DNA of 64,000 nt from Azolla caroliniana. Taxonomy: Eukaryota; Plantae; Polypodiophyta. Each line of letters starts with the position of its first letter. Position 1 is the first letter of the stretch. The translations under genes and the position numbers were made by a program. Of the stretch, positions 10,342-24,049 are shown piece by piece. The stretch spans positions 9,734,001 to 9,798,000 of the forward strand of contig JBHGNT010000004.1 in assembly GCA_043228905.1 (NCBI GenBank), in the 5' to 3' direction. The notes below the pieces were generated by a model. The model was not told the DNA's origin and did no database searches. It saw only the letters and a list, made by a program, of their open reading frames with translations.

Positions 10342-12556
10342 GCGTCGGTCGCAAAGATGACAACCGTCTGTGTTTTACTTACAGTAGTTGCAGAGAAAGA
10401 GTGGCACTTACATCAGATGGATGTCAAGAATGGCTTCTTGCAAGGCGAGCTTGAGGAACAGGTGTACACGGTACAACCCCCGGATTTCACTCTGGACTGA
10501 ACACTTCGACGGTCTGCCGATTGAAGAAGTCCCTTTACGGACTAAAGCAAGCCCCGCGTGCTTGGAACGCAAAAATCACACAACGATTGTGTCGGATGGG
10601 ATTTGCGACGTCTAGATCGGACTCTTCACTATTCATTTGGAAAGGTTGACTCGGGCCGATTAGTATTTTACTTTATGTTGATGACCTGGTCATCACGGGC
10701 GCCTTCCTAGGTGAAATCAACCGCGTAAAGCTCCAGCTCGCGGCATCATTTGACATGAAGGACCTAGGGAACCTTCACTACTTCCTCGGGATCGAAGTGA
10801 TCCGTACCCCCGAAGGCATATTGATCATCAGCCAACGTCATTATGCATTGAATATGCTCTTCAAGTTTGGGATGGCAAATTGTAAGCCCATCTCGACCCC
10901 TCTGGACAAAAATGTAAAGCTTCGCCGAGATTCAAGAAAGCTGTGCGACCCTACACGGTTTCGACAAATTGTCAGAAGCCTCATCTACTTGACGATTACT
11001 GGGCCGGATCTCAGCTACCTGGTCATCTTAATCAGTCAATTTATGTCGCAGACCACGGCCAAACACTTTCAGTGCGTGCAAAGGATATTGCGATATGTCA
11101 GCGGCACGAAATACATGGCGTTGTTGTATCAGGCAGGCATAACTGAACAGTTGGTTGGCCACACGGATGCCGATTGGGCCGGAAACGCCAATGATCGTAG
11201 ATCCACATCCGGATATGCCTTCTCATTAGGAAGTGTGGCGATCGCATGGAGCAGCAAAAAGCAGCTGATAGTGGCACTGTCGAGCACAGAGGTTGAATAT
11301 CGAGGGGCGATTGTTGCTACGTGCGAAGTCATCTAGTTGAAACGGCTATTACGGGATCTGCATGTAGAGGTGTCTGATCCGACGACGATCTATTACGACA
11401 ACCTCAACAGTATCCACCTTGCGAAAAACCCCGTGTTCCACGCCCGGACCAAGCACATTGAGGTGCATTACCATTTTGTCCACGAGCGGGTCCTTTCAGG
11501 TGAAGTCTAACTAGCGTATGTTCCGACGGATCGGCAGGTTGGTCTCGACAAGTTACGACATTTCTCAGGTGAGCTAGGGTTGTGTCACCTCGACACGCCA
11601 AACTTGAGGGGGTGAAAAGAAGAATAGGAACAAGAGCATGAAAGGATCAGAGGTATTCATTGCGGCGAATGTGACCGTGACGCTGAATTGGATGGAGAAT
11701 TCGATTTTGAACCGGCTGAAGAAGCCGAAGGAAGAATCAAGGGCCATAATCGTAGGAAAGAGTCGCAGACAGCCGAATCTGGGGGAGATAAGACCAAGAC
11801 GAAGAGGTGGTCGAAAGTTGTCAAAGGCCTGAAGACTGAAGACGAATTGGAGACAACCAATTCGGATGAGAGGGGAATTGAATCGGAAGTGTTCGATTCA
11901 ATCAAAATGTTCAATTTGGATACGCCAAATCAACGGAAGGCCAAACGGAGAAAAGGGCAGTGAAGGAACTGCCAACACCGTGATAGCAAGGGAGCTGAGA
12001 AGGGTCGAACAAGCAGAAAACCCGACCAGAAGGGTCGAGGCACGCGGATTCAAACAAGTCGAGGAGTGAAGAAAGAAGGAACCGGAGCATAGATTCGGAA
12101 GGGCAAACAGAACCTCAAGTTTTGCTGTAGGGGGAGTGTTGAGTGACAAGCTCAACATTCGGCGTGTAATACGGTGCGTAACCCAGTGCGTAGACTGGGT
12201 GTGTGAAATAGTACGCATAATGTAGCCGTAGTGGTGCGTAAACCGTGAGGCCGTTAGTATGGTATTGCTCGTAAGAAATAATTTTGGGAGTTATTGTAGT
12301 AGGCTCATTTATGAGCAGTCAAGTATTGTCAGTACTTGTGTCAGCCCAATTGTCAGGGCTTGTATAAAAGATGCTCACTGAGCACGATGTATATACAAAG
12401 CATCATTATTTTTGAAATAGAACTAAGTTGTCTACTCTCTATCTGTCTCTCCATCTCCATCTCCATCTTTGTGTTTCCTGAGTTTACCGAACTGACTTAT
12501 TTTCGAACTGTGTACTATGTGTTTACGCACACCCTTCCGCACACATATTCTTTACA
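10342..12556 (+). mobile_element. Ty1/Copia retrotransposon, 3' part (RT, RNaseH, 3' extension, PPT, 3' LTR 12137-12556)
   Basis: HQMDVKNGFL, LYVDDL, MKDLGNLHYFLGIE, DADWAG...RRSTSG, SSTEVEY; PPT AGGGGGAG; LTR TGTTGA...TTTACA. Confidence 0.92.
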
Positions 12557-13138
12557 ATCATCATTATTGGTCTTACCATTATGACGAGGACAAGGTGGTG
12601 GTTGAACAATGGGAGCAGGAACCTGAGAAACTGCAACTTTAATGGTAGTACTGATGAGGCTCATTGCATCTTCTACTTTCATGAAACTTCTTTTTTTCTA
12701 TTCATGGAAAGCTGAAGCTTGAGAGAAGTCTTCTCTATTTAGCACCGAAGAAGGAGTAGAGCTATTGTTTTCTGCACACAACACAAGACTTTCTTCACTA
12801 AGAAGGTAGACGAGGAAGAAGGGCAACACCAACGAAGAGTAGAGTTCCAATGGTTCCTGATAGCATTGTCTATGCGACCACGGAGTAATCGAGCTATGGC
12901 AGCCCACATGAGCTTTTATGGCCTGATCTGATCGACCAGGTATTCCTTTACTTATTAGAGACCAGTTTCGATCTCCATACTTCTCAACTAGTCGATGGAG
13001 AGCCGCGTGTTCGTTGGGGCTCCATGGACCTTTCCCTCGATCATTCGGGTTGTGGATGGTCGACGCAGACAGAGATGCGTGAGAGACCGATGCAGATGTA
13101 TTGGTCAAGCTTGAGAGCGCCCTGGAAGCTAATACCAA
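12557..13138 (-). pseudogene. Intronless R2R3-MYB pseudogene (MYB44/73/77-like subgroup)
   Basis: R2 KGPWSPNEHAALHRLVEKYGDRNWSLISKGIPGRS, then a deletion and frameshift, then R3 [25 protein letters not shown] in another frame. Truncated by the Copia LTR. Confidence 0.85.
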
Positions 13139-13562
13139 GGGAAGATGACAATCGAGAAGTTGTGATCAGATATCAGGAGAAGCTTGTGATCACGGAGAAG
13201 TTGAGCGGAGGTTGCTTCTCCTACTTCTGTTTCCATTTCGGTTGGTGCTCCTCATGATTGAAGCCTTCCATTGATGGATTGATGGATGGATAGATTCGTT
13301 CTCTGGCAGAGCAAGAGAAAAGGGAAACAGAGACAGAGAAAAAGAGGATCATGGCATCAACATGATAAGAGGATTTGAAAGAAGGAGGATGCCATGTCTC
13401 ATCTTCATCCTCAGAATAGTGCAAGACTCTAAGAAAGGCTCTACCTCTTCATCTTCTTCCATTTCCCTTCCTCTCCTTCTTCCAGGTTGTTGCTACGTTT
13501 CTTCTTCACTATTTCTTCCGAGGGTCTAGGGTTTACATCCCAAAAATGAAACGATGAGTTAG

Positions 13563-13622
13563 GGGAGAGAGACACACACACAACACAGAGATACAACGAG
13601 AGAGAGAGAGAGAGAGAGAGAG
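13563..13622. repeat. (GA)n/(CA)n microsatellite upstream of the MYB pseudogene
   Basis: Visible dinucleotide runs. Confidence 0.8.
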
Positions 13623-13689
13623 ATTAGTGTTGAAGAGGGACAGTAACAGAATTCTTTCTCAAGGAAGGGTCGGCCGTTGAGGCATGCCA

Positions 13690-13860
13690 AAAGTGTTGTT
13701 GGGGTGGGGGGTGAAGCCATTCTCCCAAGGGGTTAAGCTAGAGAGAGAGCGAGAGAGAAAGACAAATAGAAAATGACACCAAATGAGAGGGGAAAAAGTT
13801 ATTCATTACATACCCTAGAGGGGGTTTATATAATACATCCAATGTAACGGTTACATGACA
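13690..13860 (+). repeat. Possible diverged LTR fragment related to the 518-bp LTR at 56952
   Basis: Colinear motifs GGGGTGGGGG...CTCCCAAGGGG...GA-run...TTCATT...AGGGGGTT. Confidence 0.35.
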
Positions 13861-14725
13861 GTTATAAATAAGAGTGTTGGGTGAAAGCATGAGAGTGGAA
13901 ACAATTAGCTCTGTCCTTGACATAGCTAATTAGCTATGCAAAAAGCTACCATTGATAAATAGTCATTTTAGCAAAATGCCATCATTAATAAATTAACTAT
14001 GCAAAAAACTACAATTGAAAATACTAGAGTGTTTTAATTACATATGTAAATGAGCACCATAAATGTGCAACACAAATTGATATGTGCACCATAAATGTGT
14101 ACCATAAATTATATATCGAATTCCTAGGTCCATTATGCATGATCCTTTGCCACATCACGTAGGCCATCTCTAGTTGAGTATTGTGGGTTAGTTGCTACCA
14201 CTGTTGCTAAACCCTATCGAGTCCACCTGCCGCCACTCTACACTCAGTGGGCCGTTACTGTGAAGGTCATGTATTGCTGCCACTTTTCAACCCGACGGCG
14301 TTAACAACTCCACTACCGCCATTCTACTCTCAGTTGCCTTCTCTGTGCGTTCCAAGCATCATCGGTAACTGTTCAATCTGACGGGGTTCTCTCCTCCATC
14401 GCCATCATTCTACACTCAGTTGCCGCAACTGTCCAGTCCTGGATTGCTTCCACATTTCGATTTGACGGAGTTCACTCATCCAACGGCAACATTTTACACT
14501 CAGTTGTCACCATTGGTCGGTCCTGGATCGCCTCCTCAACTATTCGATCCAACGAAGTGAACTCCTTAACTGTTCGGTCTTGGATTGCAATAACTTTTCT
14601 GTCTATTGATTATCTTGTGTATTGTTGTGTCTAATCTTGTGTATTGTGGAATATTTTTGTGTATTGTTGTTGCCCATAGCCATCTTAAATACTTGTTTTT
14701 TTTCCTGGAAATTTAGGGTTTGAAT

Positions 14726-15474
14726 ATGTCCAACCAAATGGAAGGGGAAGAAGGGTGTTTAGAATTACCCCTCAATGATCATAAGGATAGGGATGATGCT
14801 ATCAGGCACAACAAGCCATATGAAACTATTGGGCAGAAATAAAAAGGAAACATCGTCAATTGTTGAAGGATACAAAAGCCACACTCAGTAAAGGTAAGGA
14901 TAGTTTAGCTGAGAATGTAAGTAATGCGATTACCATCATAGAGAGAAAGGTTGTAGACTATTTCAATGTTCAAACCAAGCACATCAACAATGAAGAAAAG
15001 AAGGTAGTACTTTATGGAATATTAAATGATCCATCGATAAAGGACTTAGTTGATTGTGATGGTCTTAATGCAAACATATCATCTATTTTAGTAAATAATC
15101 TTCGTAATAGTTTCGTATCCATGAGCAAGTCAGAAGATGATCTTGTCTTAAAAAGGTCTAGTCTAATGATGTTACTTAATAGTGATGTTGACGATATAAA
15201 CATCAATGAGCTATCTAAGGTAATTGGTGTTAGTAGAAAAATAGTGTACAATACATTGAACTGTATAATTTCCTCGGGTGAAGGAACTAGTCTACTAAAG
15301 CTAACTATAAGATGTAAGCCAATGACACCCATAACATCAGAAATCAAGGATGTAATCACAATGTTTTGGACTAATGAGAGTAGGGTTTCACCCAATAAAA
15401 AGGATTTATGCAGGAAACGTGTTGGAAGAAATCAATACGAGGAGCATCCCATTCATCTTCTTGATGTACCTCAG
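14726..15474 (+). pseudogene. DNA transposase N-terminal exon (Sola2-like), disrupted near 14840
   Basis: HTH-like NINELSKVIGVSRKIVYN and motif FWTNESRVSPNKKD; ends at a splice donor CAG|GTATTT. Confidence 0.6.
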
Positions 15475-16225
15475 GTATTTACATTTATCTCAACATTTGT
15501 TTTGACTGTACACGGAAAGTTAATTAGCTTAGTTAGCAGAAAAGCTAATTAGCTTATCAGTTACATTTACCTCAGTTAGCTACTAGGATAGCTACTACAT
15601 AGGTAACTGGCTACTCTCAATAGATACTACCATGATAGCTAATTAGCAAACTCAATAGCTAATTTAGTTACTACCAGATAATTAGCTACCAAAATAGCTA
15701 ACTAGCTACCATGATAGCTAATTAGCTATTCTCAATAGCTAATTTAGTTATTACCAGATAATTAGCTACCAGAATAGCTAATTAACTTTTAGGATAGCTA
15801 ATTAGCTATTAGAATAGGGTTTTAGCTACCATGATAGCTAAATAGCTACTCGAATAGCTAATTAGAATAGCTAATTAACTAATTAGCTATTAGAATAGGT
15901 AATTAGCTACCATGATAGCTAATTGGCAACTATGATAGTTAGCTACTCTAGTTATTACCAGCTAATTAGCTACTAGGAAAGCTAATTAGCTACCATGATA
16001 GCTAATTAGGTACTAGGACAGCTAATTAGCTACCATGATAGCTAATTAGCTACTAGAACAACTAATTAGCTACTAGGACAACTAATTAGCTACTAGGATA
16101 GCTAATTTCGTTATTACCAGCTAATTAGCTACTAGGAAAGCTAATTAGCTACCACGATAGCTAATTAGCCACCATGATAGCTACTAGGACAGCTAATTAG
16201 CCACCACGATAGCTAATTAGCTACC

Positions 16226-16405
16226 TTGTTCGTCCAACACTGTTTTAAGTTACATTGGCAGTGGTTATTAGCTCAACGTTTGGAGCTTACTCAACATTGG
16301 GTCTGGTCTGACGGAGTTGCGTCATAATTCAAGGCTCGACGTCCATTTTATTTTGTGGGGAGGTATCCTACTATAACAGGTTTGGAGATGAGATGAGATG
16401 TGGGA
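16226..16405 (+). pseudogene. Transposase catalytic-core fragment (Sola2-like DDD), not in the ORF track
   Basis: Hand translation: LFVQHCFKLHWQWLLAQRLELTQHWVWSDGVAS*FKARRPFYFVGRYPTITGLEMR*. This fits the WSDGxxxQFK motif; the stops are single CAA>TAA and TGG>TGA transitions. Confidence 0.7.
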
Positions 16406-16493
16406 AGGATAGCTAATTAACTACTTTACACAACTATGGTAGTAGCTCATTAGCTAGTAGGATAGCTAATTAGCTAGTAGCTAATTAGTTGCC

Positions 16494-16668
16494 AATGCCA
16501 TGAAATAGTGGAAACAGCATGTAAAACTGAGGTTCACAACAACAATGTTTTTGAACACTTGATGTAGCATACTGCCATAATGTTGCATCAAGTGCTGCAT
16601 CAAGTGTTCAAAAACACTGTTGTTGTGAACCTCAGTTTTACATGTTGTTTCCACTATTTCATAGCATT
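16494..16668. repeat. Foldback hairpin with ~75 bp arms (MITE-like)
   Basis: AATGCCATGAAATAGTGGAAACAGCATGTAAAACTGAGG... pairs with ...CCTCAGTTTTACATGTTGTTTCCACTATTTCATAGCATT. Confidence 0.85.
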
Positions 16669-18299
16669 TCAAATCGTTGCCTAATTCAGTACACTATTCC
16701 AAAAGAATAGGGTGGAGCTGATCTGAAGGAGATGTGATAGCAGAACTCTTACTTTCAGCCACGTTGGCAGCTATCTCCTCATCTGTTGCAGCGTCATCAA
16801 CACCAGACACATCATGTGCCGTCCTTAATCCACAAAATTCTACAATAACAAGGCAGCTATTTAGGATAGCTAATTAGCTACTTTACTAAACTATGGTAGT
16901 AGCTACGATAGCTAATTAGCTAGTACGATAGCTAATTAAGATAGCTAATTAGCTAGTACGATAGCTAATTAGCTACTTTCCTCAACTATGGTAGTAGGTA
17001 GGATAGCTAATTAGCTACTATGGTAGCTAATTAGCTACTTTACTCAACTATGGTAGTAGCTAGGATAGCTAATTAGCTACTTTACTAACTATGGTAGTAG
17101 CTAGGATAGCTAATTAGCTACTTTACTCAACTATGGTAGTAACTAGCATAGCTAATTAGCTACTTTACTAACTATGGTAGTAGCTAGGATAGCTAATTAG
17201 CTACTTTACTAACTATGGTAGTAGCTAGGATAGCTAATTAGCTACTTTACTCAACTATGGTAGTAACTAGCATAGCTAATTAGCTACTTTACTAACTATG
17301 GTAGTAGCTAGGATAGCTCATTAGCTACTATGGTAGCTAATTAACTACTTTACTCAACTATGGTAGTAGCTAGGATAGCTAATTAGCTACTTTACTCAAC
17401 TATGGTAGTAGCTAGGTGTTATGTACACATAACGTTGGTGAGGGTAGGTCACTAATATTTACATTAGTGAAGGGTATGTTCACTATTATTAAAAAGGGGA
17501 CTAATGATTGGATAGAATGAATGATATGTGCATGCACTATCATGATTTAGACAACCAATGAATAGAGAGCCTTTTAGAAAGGCACATCTATTCAAGGGGC
17601 CTAGGAAAAGGTATAAATATGAGGCTTAGCTACCCTCATAGGGATCATCACGTCGGAAGGCTGCTGTCGTAGACACCGGTGGTGCGGGCTAGGCTTTCGT
17701 CTCGACAATCGTGTTTATCTCTTCCAAGGTATTAGTCATCCTAATATCCGGCGGTATGGGACGTCGGTGGTAGGTTGGCTATGTCTAGATCATAGCTCGG
17801 GGGTGGTCGGGTGGAATGGGTTCTTCTATCCAATCTATTTTCTTCCTTTTTACTTGATTTGGTCTATTGATTAGTAATAGACTCTTAACAGTGGTATCGG
17901 AGCTTTTACTAACAATTTTTTTGTTGTTTTGATGTTTTTTGCGTGTGAGCGAGGGGGATCTAACAAGGCTCGTCATGCTCTTCTCAGGATCAAAACAACA
18001 CTCTAAACCCGGTATTCTTCTTTTTTGATCTCTTCTCTTTTTCTATTATGCGTTCTTTATGGTCGAATCAAATTGGTATTACGTTTTATTCTCTTTCTTT
18101 CTACCTCCTACTACGCTACAATTTTACTTATTATTATGCATCGGGCCGAGCGTGTTTGCACTAATCGCACACGCTCAACTCATGGCCTTTTGCATATTGC
18201 GATATATATCCCACTCTCTCCTCTCTTGAACTCTTACGATAATAATTATTCTTGTGCATTGGGTCGAGCGTGTTTGCTCTAATCGCACACGCTTATCTC

Positions 18300-18660
18300 A
18301 TGGCCGTTTTGCATATGATGTTGAGTATACCACTCTTCCCCTCTATTGAGCCATCACTTGGCCGATTCTAAGGGATGATGTGGCCTTGACGAGGTGTATG
18401 TTGCGTACCTATGCCACTCTACTCTCTATTAAGCCATCAATTGGCCGATTCTATGGGATGTTGTGGCCTTGACAAGGTATATGTAGCTTACATATGCCAC
18501 TTTCCTTTTTAATTAGCCATCAATTGGCCGATTCTAAGGGATGATGTGGCCTTGACGAGGTATATGTCACTTACCTATGCCACTTTCCTCTTTAATTAGC
18601 CATTACTTGGCCGATTCTAGGGATATGTGGTGGTCTTGAGGAGGTGCATGTCAACTACCC
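18300..18660 (+). repeat. ~88-bp tandem repeat (about 4 copies) in the chromovirus 5' leader
   Basis: Recurrent TTGGCCGATTCTAAGGGATGATGTGGCCTTGACGAGG. Confidence 0.8.
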
Positions 18661-19645
18661 TAGGGTTTCGTATCTTAGGGCATGTTTGATTCCATACACC
18701 TAATTGTTGATTATTCTAATTAAATCTTAATTTCATAAGTATTGTTTCACTTATATGATTTTCTAGTAATTATTATTTACCCGCCCACAATTAACTCTCC
18801 TTTTTCCACTTCCTTTTCATGTATAAAGTATTTACATCGTTTATTTTTAATGTAACCTTTACGTGTAGACTATTTTTTTCGTATGGAGTGGCTTGTTGAA
18901 CGATTTTTTTTCAACGGGTCATCTAGGTTTAACTCTTATCATCAAGCCTTAGAAAACGAGTAAAACCATATGAGTTCCCTTATTGATGTTTTACTCATGG
19001 ATTTGAGTATTACATCTTTGCGCACAACACCGTCATCACTTGTATCAATTTGTGGCTTATGTCACAATTGTGCAAGTTATAACAATCATATTGGGATGTA
19101 TATGTGCATACCTTGCACTTCCCATTTATTTGTGACATTGTTTTTTTCGTAGGTAACACATGGGTTCTTTTTTTTTTACCCTTGTTTTCGTCACTACTTA
19201 ACTCTTATGAGTAGTGCCTTATTTTATCATTTTATCATCACGTTTGCTTATTGCTCGCAAGACTAGAATATTACTTGTGAGTGCACTTGTTTTTTCACGT
19301 AATACACTTTCTCGACCATATAATACATGATGGGTTGGCATTAATATAAGGCTATCTAGGAAATTTCATTGATGTAAGAACCATGTTTGAGCCTCGGGGA
19401 GCCGCCATGATTACTCAAGATAGAGATCCGAGAAATACATCTTAGCTATGTTTTCCCCCATGGTTTTTAAAACACCATAGTGTTACCATAGTTATCGGAT
19501 CTCGAATCACATCTCATATGTCTAGAGGGGTAAAGACATGAGATACTTTCTTGGATAAAGTTCTTTCAATCAAAATTTCAAGCATTCATTTTGCTTGTGT
19601 ATTTTCTGAACCTCCTTATTTTATTGCATACCCACAGCGTGCATC

Positions 19646-22600
19646 ATGGAACAAGTTTTGAACGCAGTTGGAACGATCTCTCCAAATGAGACCTCTCAAC
19701 CCCAATCCGCATCTCGCACACAAGCTGAGATCACTATTGAGCAATTGCTCACTACTACCTTGAATCAATTGGCCGAAATGAGACAGGCCAATATGGCATT
19801 GGAAAAGAAATTCCAAGAATTAACTATTGAGTCCAAGAAAGAAGGTGAACCTTCCTTCGTAGTCACGCCTTTCAAGGGAGATAAGAAAGAAAGAACCGAG
19901 GAGGCCATTAGCACTTGGCTTGGTCGTTGGGAGTCTCACTTTGAGCTTCATCCCAAGCCCGATGCAGTAAAAATTGGTTATGTCGGTCGTGAGTTAGGTG
20001 GCCGAGCTGCTGCTTGGTGGCGTGGCCTAAGGACCGCAAAAAACTTACCCACAACTTGGGAAGGTTTCGTTGATGTTTTTAAGAAACAATTCTTGCAGCC
20101 ACCTTCTCAAACCGAACAAGCGCAACACTTGCTCACATTGTCTAGTAAGCCATTTACCTCTCTCGAGGATTATGTGCATCACGCACGGACCCAGATCCAA
20201 AAATCGGGACTTACGGGTGAGAAATGGTTTGTCGCTTGTTTTTTGAATGGTATTCCCAATGGGGATTATCATTGGATTGTCCATGACAAGGACCCCACAA
20301 CTTTCGAGGAAGCCGTCAACATTGTGCTGCGATACCATAGGACTTCCAAGAAAGACCACAATAAACCTGAGTTCGCCAAAACTCCGAATGTCAAGCTCAT
20401 TGGGAAACGTAAGCAATCCAGTGACACTCTTGACCGCGACTCAAAGAAACCGAACCTCTTCTGTGCATATTGCAAGAAGCGGGGCCACACAAAGGATACC
20501 TGTCGTCATCTTGAGAGGAAGTCAATGAACACCCCTCCTCAAGACAAATCTACGAGTCACACAGGTGAGTCTTTTGATATTGTTGAAGTTCATACCAATC
20601 ACTTAAGTTTATGTGAATGCACTTTTCCTTCACATTTACTTGGACCTAATGATTTACTCCGAGCAGTCGGATATATCAATGGAACACAAGCACATTTCTT
20701 GTTTGATTCCGGTAGTTCTCACAATTTTCTTAATGATCACTTTGTGCAGCAAATGGAGCTCCACATAAACGCAAGTGATCATATCTATCAAGTTCACATG
20801 GCAAATGGAAACGTTCAATACATCAGTGGCATTGTTTGTCAACTGCCAATTCAAATAGATACTTATTTGGAGAAGCTTGACTTTCATGTTATGAAATTAC
20901 AATCCGCAGATGTCATTTTAGGATATCCTTGGTTTTTTAATAAAAACCCTTCTTTGTCCATTGATTGGGTTAATCACTCAATCACATTTGAACTTAAAAA
21001 TTGTAAACATTTTATTCAATGTTCCAAACTTCCTTCTCATTCACTTGTGTCTTCTAAATCTTTAAGTGAGTATTCTAGTTCATTAATTTATTCGTGTGTA
21101 ATTGATCCTGCGGTTCAATTTTATTATTTTAATATTGACGCCACACAATTACCACATTTTGAGCAACGATTACTCGACTCTATTTTAGAGGATTTTCAAG
21201 ATGTGTTTCCTACTGAATTACCGCTTACTTTACCACCTAAACGTAATGTGGACCATCAAATTGAACTCATCCCTGGGCTGCTCCTGTGAGCATTCCACCT
21301 TACCGACTTAGTCGATTAGAAGAGGATGAGATCGCTAAACAACTTAAGGAATACTTGAGTATGGGCCACATTAGGTATAGTAAATCACCTTGGGGTGCGC
21401 CAGTTCTATTAGTCAAGAAGAAGGAAGGTTCGTGGCGAATGTGTATCAATTATCGCCGTTTGAATAAAATGACAATTAAGAATGCATATCCATTACCTCG
21501 TGCCGATGATTTGATTGATCGTTTGCACGGGGCTCGATATTTTACGAAAATTGACTTACGAACTGGTTATCATCAGATTCGCATCGCCGAGGATGATATT
21601 CCTAAAACCGCTTTTCGTACGCGCTATGGCCATTATGAGTTTTTAGTCATGCCGTTTGGGTTGACTAATGCTCCAGCCACATTCCAACAAGCGATGAATG
21701 ATGTTTTCCGAGATCAACTCGGTGATTTTGTTGTCGTCTTCTTGGATGATATTTTGATATATAGCCGTACCTTGCAAGATCATGTTCAACATGTTCGATT
21801 TGTTTTGCGAAAGTTGCGTGACAACTCTTTCTATGCAAAACATTCAAAATGTGACTTCTTCCAAAACTCTATTGTGTACCTAGGTCATTTAATTACAGAA
21901 AATGGCGTTGAAATTGAACCTTCTCGTATTGAAAAGGTTAAACTTTGGCCCATTCCTCGTAATATTCGTGAACTTAGATCATTCTTAGGGTTTGTTGGAT
22001 TTTTACGAAAATCAATTCGTAACTATTCCAAATTGACTACGCCATTAACTGACCTTTTAAAAGGTCATCCACGTAAGTCTGTCAAACCAATTTCATGGAA
22101 TGAACAACTTGAAAAATCATTTGAGACACTCAAGGAGCATGTGTGTCAGGCTCCCACTCTTCTATTACCAGACCCTTCTAAGCCTTTCTCAATTGAAACC
22201 GATGCTAGTGATTATGCTATTGGTGCCGTTCTTTATCAAGGTGGTCACCCTATCGCTTTTGAAAGTAAGAAGCTTGATGCTGCTCAATCTCGGTATTCGG
22301 TTCAAGAGAAAGAGTTGTTTGCGGTGATACACGCACTTAAAACATGGAGGCACTATCTCTATGGAAATAAATTTGTGGTTACAACAGACCATCAATCATT
22401 AAAGTATTTTTGGGACCAGCCCGATCTTGTTGGTCGTAAAGGCCGTTGGGCTAACCTTATGCAAGATTTTGATTTTTCCATACGATATCGCAAGGGTTCT
22501 ATGAACACCGTTGCTGATGCTCTTAGTCGCATTAAAGAAGTTAACATGCTTAGCTTCACGGAAATAAAATCTGATCTTTTAGATCACCTTCGAGGGAAAT

Positions 22601-24049
22601 ACCTTGATGACAGTTATTTCTCAAAATACTGGACGAAAGCCGAATCTGGTTTAGATGCCGATACTAGCACCCTACCCTCGAAGGCGACCTTTCACATTAC
22701 AAACGGTTTGCTCTACCGTAGTGGAAAGGTCTGTGTTCCAGATTTACCAAATGTTAAACAGAAAATTCTTCATGAATGTCATGATGCACCATCTGATGGT
22801 CATCCTTGAATACAACGCACACTCGTTCTCATCTCGTGTACTTTTTTCTGGCCTAAGATGCGCTCTGACGTGCATAAATACGTAACTCAATGCTTACAAT
22901 GTCAGATTAATAAGTCGGAACGACTTAAAGCTGCTGGTCTTTTACATCCCTTAGATATTCCCAACAATAAATGGGAAAGTATCTCGATGGATTTTATTGT
23001 TAGTTTACCTCGTACACAGAGGGGTCATGATGCCATATGGGTTGTCGTTGACAGGCTAACAAAATTAGCTAGATTTATTCCTACAAAAACCACGGTAACC
23101 GCTCAACAGTTGGCTTATCAATTTGTTGATGAGTTATTTCGTTTTTATGGATTACCGATGGATATTGTTAGTGATCGAGATTCCAAGTTTACTAGTGACT
23201 TTTGGACTCAGGTCTTTAAGAAACTAGAAACTACGTTGAGCATGAGTTCCGCAGATCATCCTCAGTCTGATGGACAAACTGAACGAGTTAATCAAATTAT
23301 TGAGGACATGCTTCGAGCTTATGTAGCAAAAACCCCTTCTAAGTGGGAGCAATACCTTCCTATCTTAGAATTTGCCTATAATAGCTCTAAACATACATCC
23401 ACTGGATATAGTCCTTTTATGTTGATGTATGGTTTTCAGCCACGTGCCCCAGTTGATGTCACGATTCATCATGATACATTAGACAGTACACGCAATTTTT
23501 TGCAAGACATGAACCAAATGTTGCATATTGCCAAAGAAAATGTCAAGACAGCTCAAGATCGTGCTCGATTTTATGCTGATCAGGATAGACGTCCTCGTGC
23601 ATTTACTATTGGTCAAAAAGTTTTTTTTGCATGTCCCGACTGATTCTACGTCATTATCTACGGGCAAGTGCGCTAAGTTAGCCCCACGATATTGTGGCCC
23701 ATTTGAAATCCTTAAGCGAGTTGGGTCATCTGCTTATCACCTTGCCTTACCTCGTAACGTTGGTATTCATCCTGTTTTTCACGTCAGTCGTCTAAAACCA
23801 TTTTTAGGCTCTGGTGATAACACCATCACAATCCAAGATCTTGTAATATTAGAGGATTTTTCTTACAAACCTCATGTTCCTGAACGAATTCTTGATTCTC
23901 GTACTAAACGTTTACGTTCTAAAGAGATTCGGCTATTCAAGATCAAATGGATGGATAAACCTATTGATGATGCCACATGGGAACGCGAGCATTCGCTTAA
24001 GGCACAATTTCCTCACTTTATATTGCAAGAGTGCAATCTTTTGAAGTAG
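19646..24049 (+). pseudogene. gag-pol: gag-pol polyprotein with chromodomain; two frameshifts and one stop
   Basis: [40 protein letters not shown], integrase, GPF, chromodomain PERILDSR...IKW...DATWERE. Lesions near 21277, 22807 and 23625. Confidence 0.95.

Larger units (their letters stand above)
15525..17416. repeat. Array built on the 14-bp palindrome TAGCTAATTAGCTA (left part)
   Basis: Dozens of copies in units of about 20-42 bp, interrupted by unique islands at 16226-16405 and 16494-16855. Confidence 0.95.

Noticed and set aside
13860-14040. Left terminus of the Sola2-like element (GAG-starting candidates near 13872 and 14027)
   Set aside because: No matching inverted right end or TSD was found in the window.
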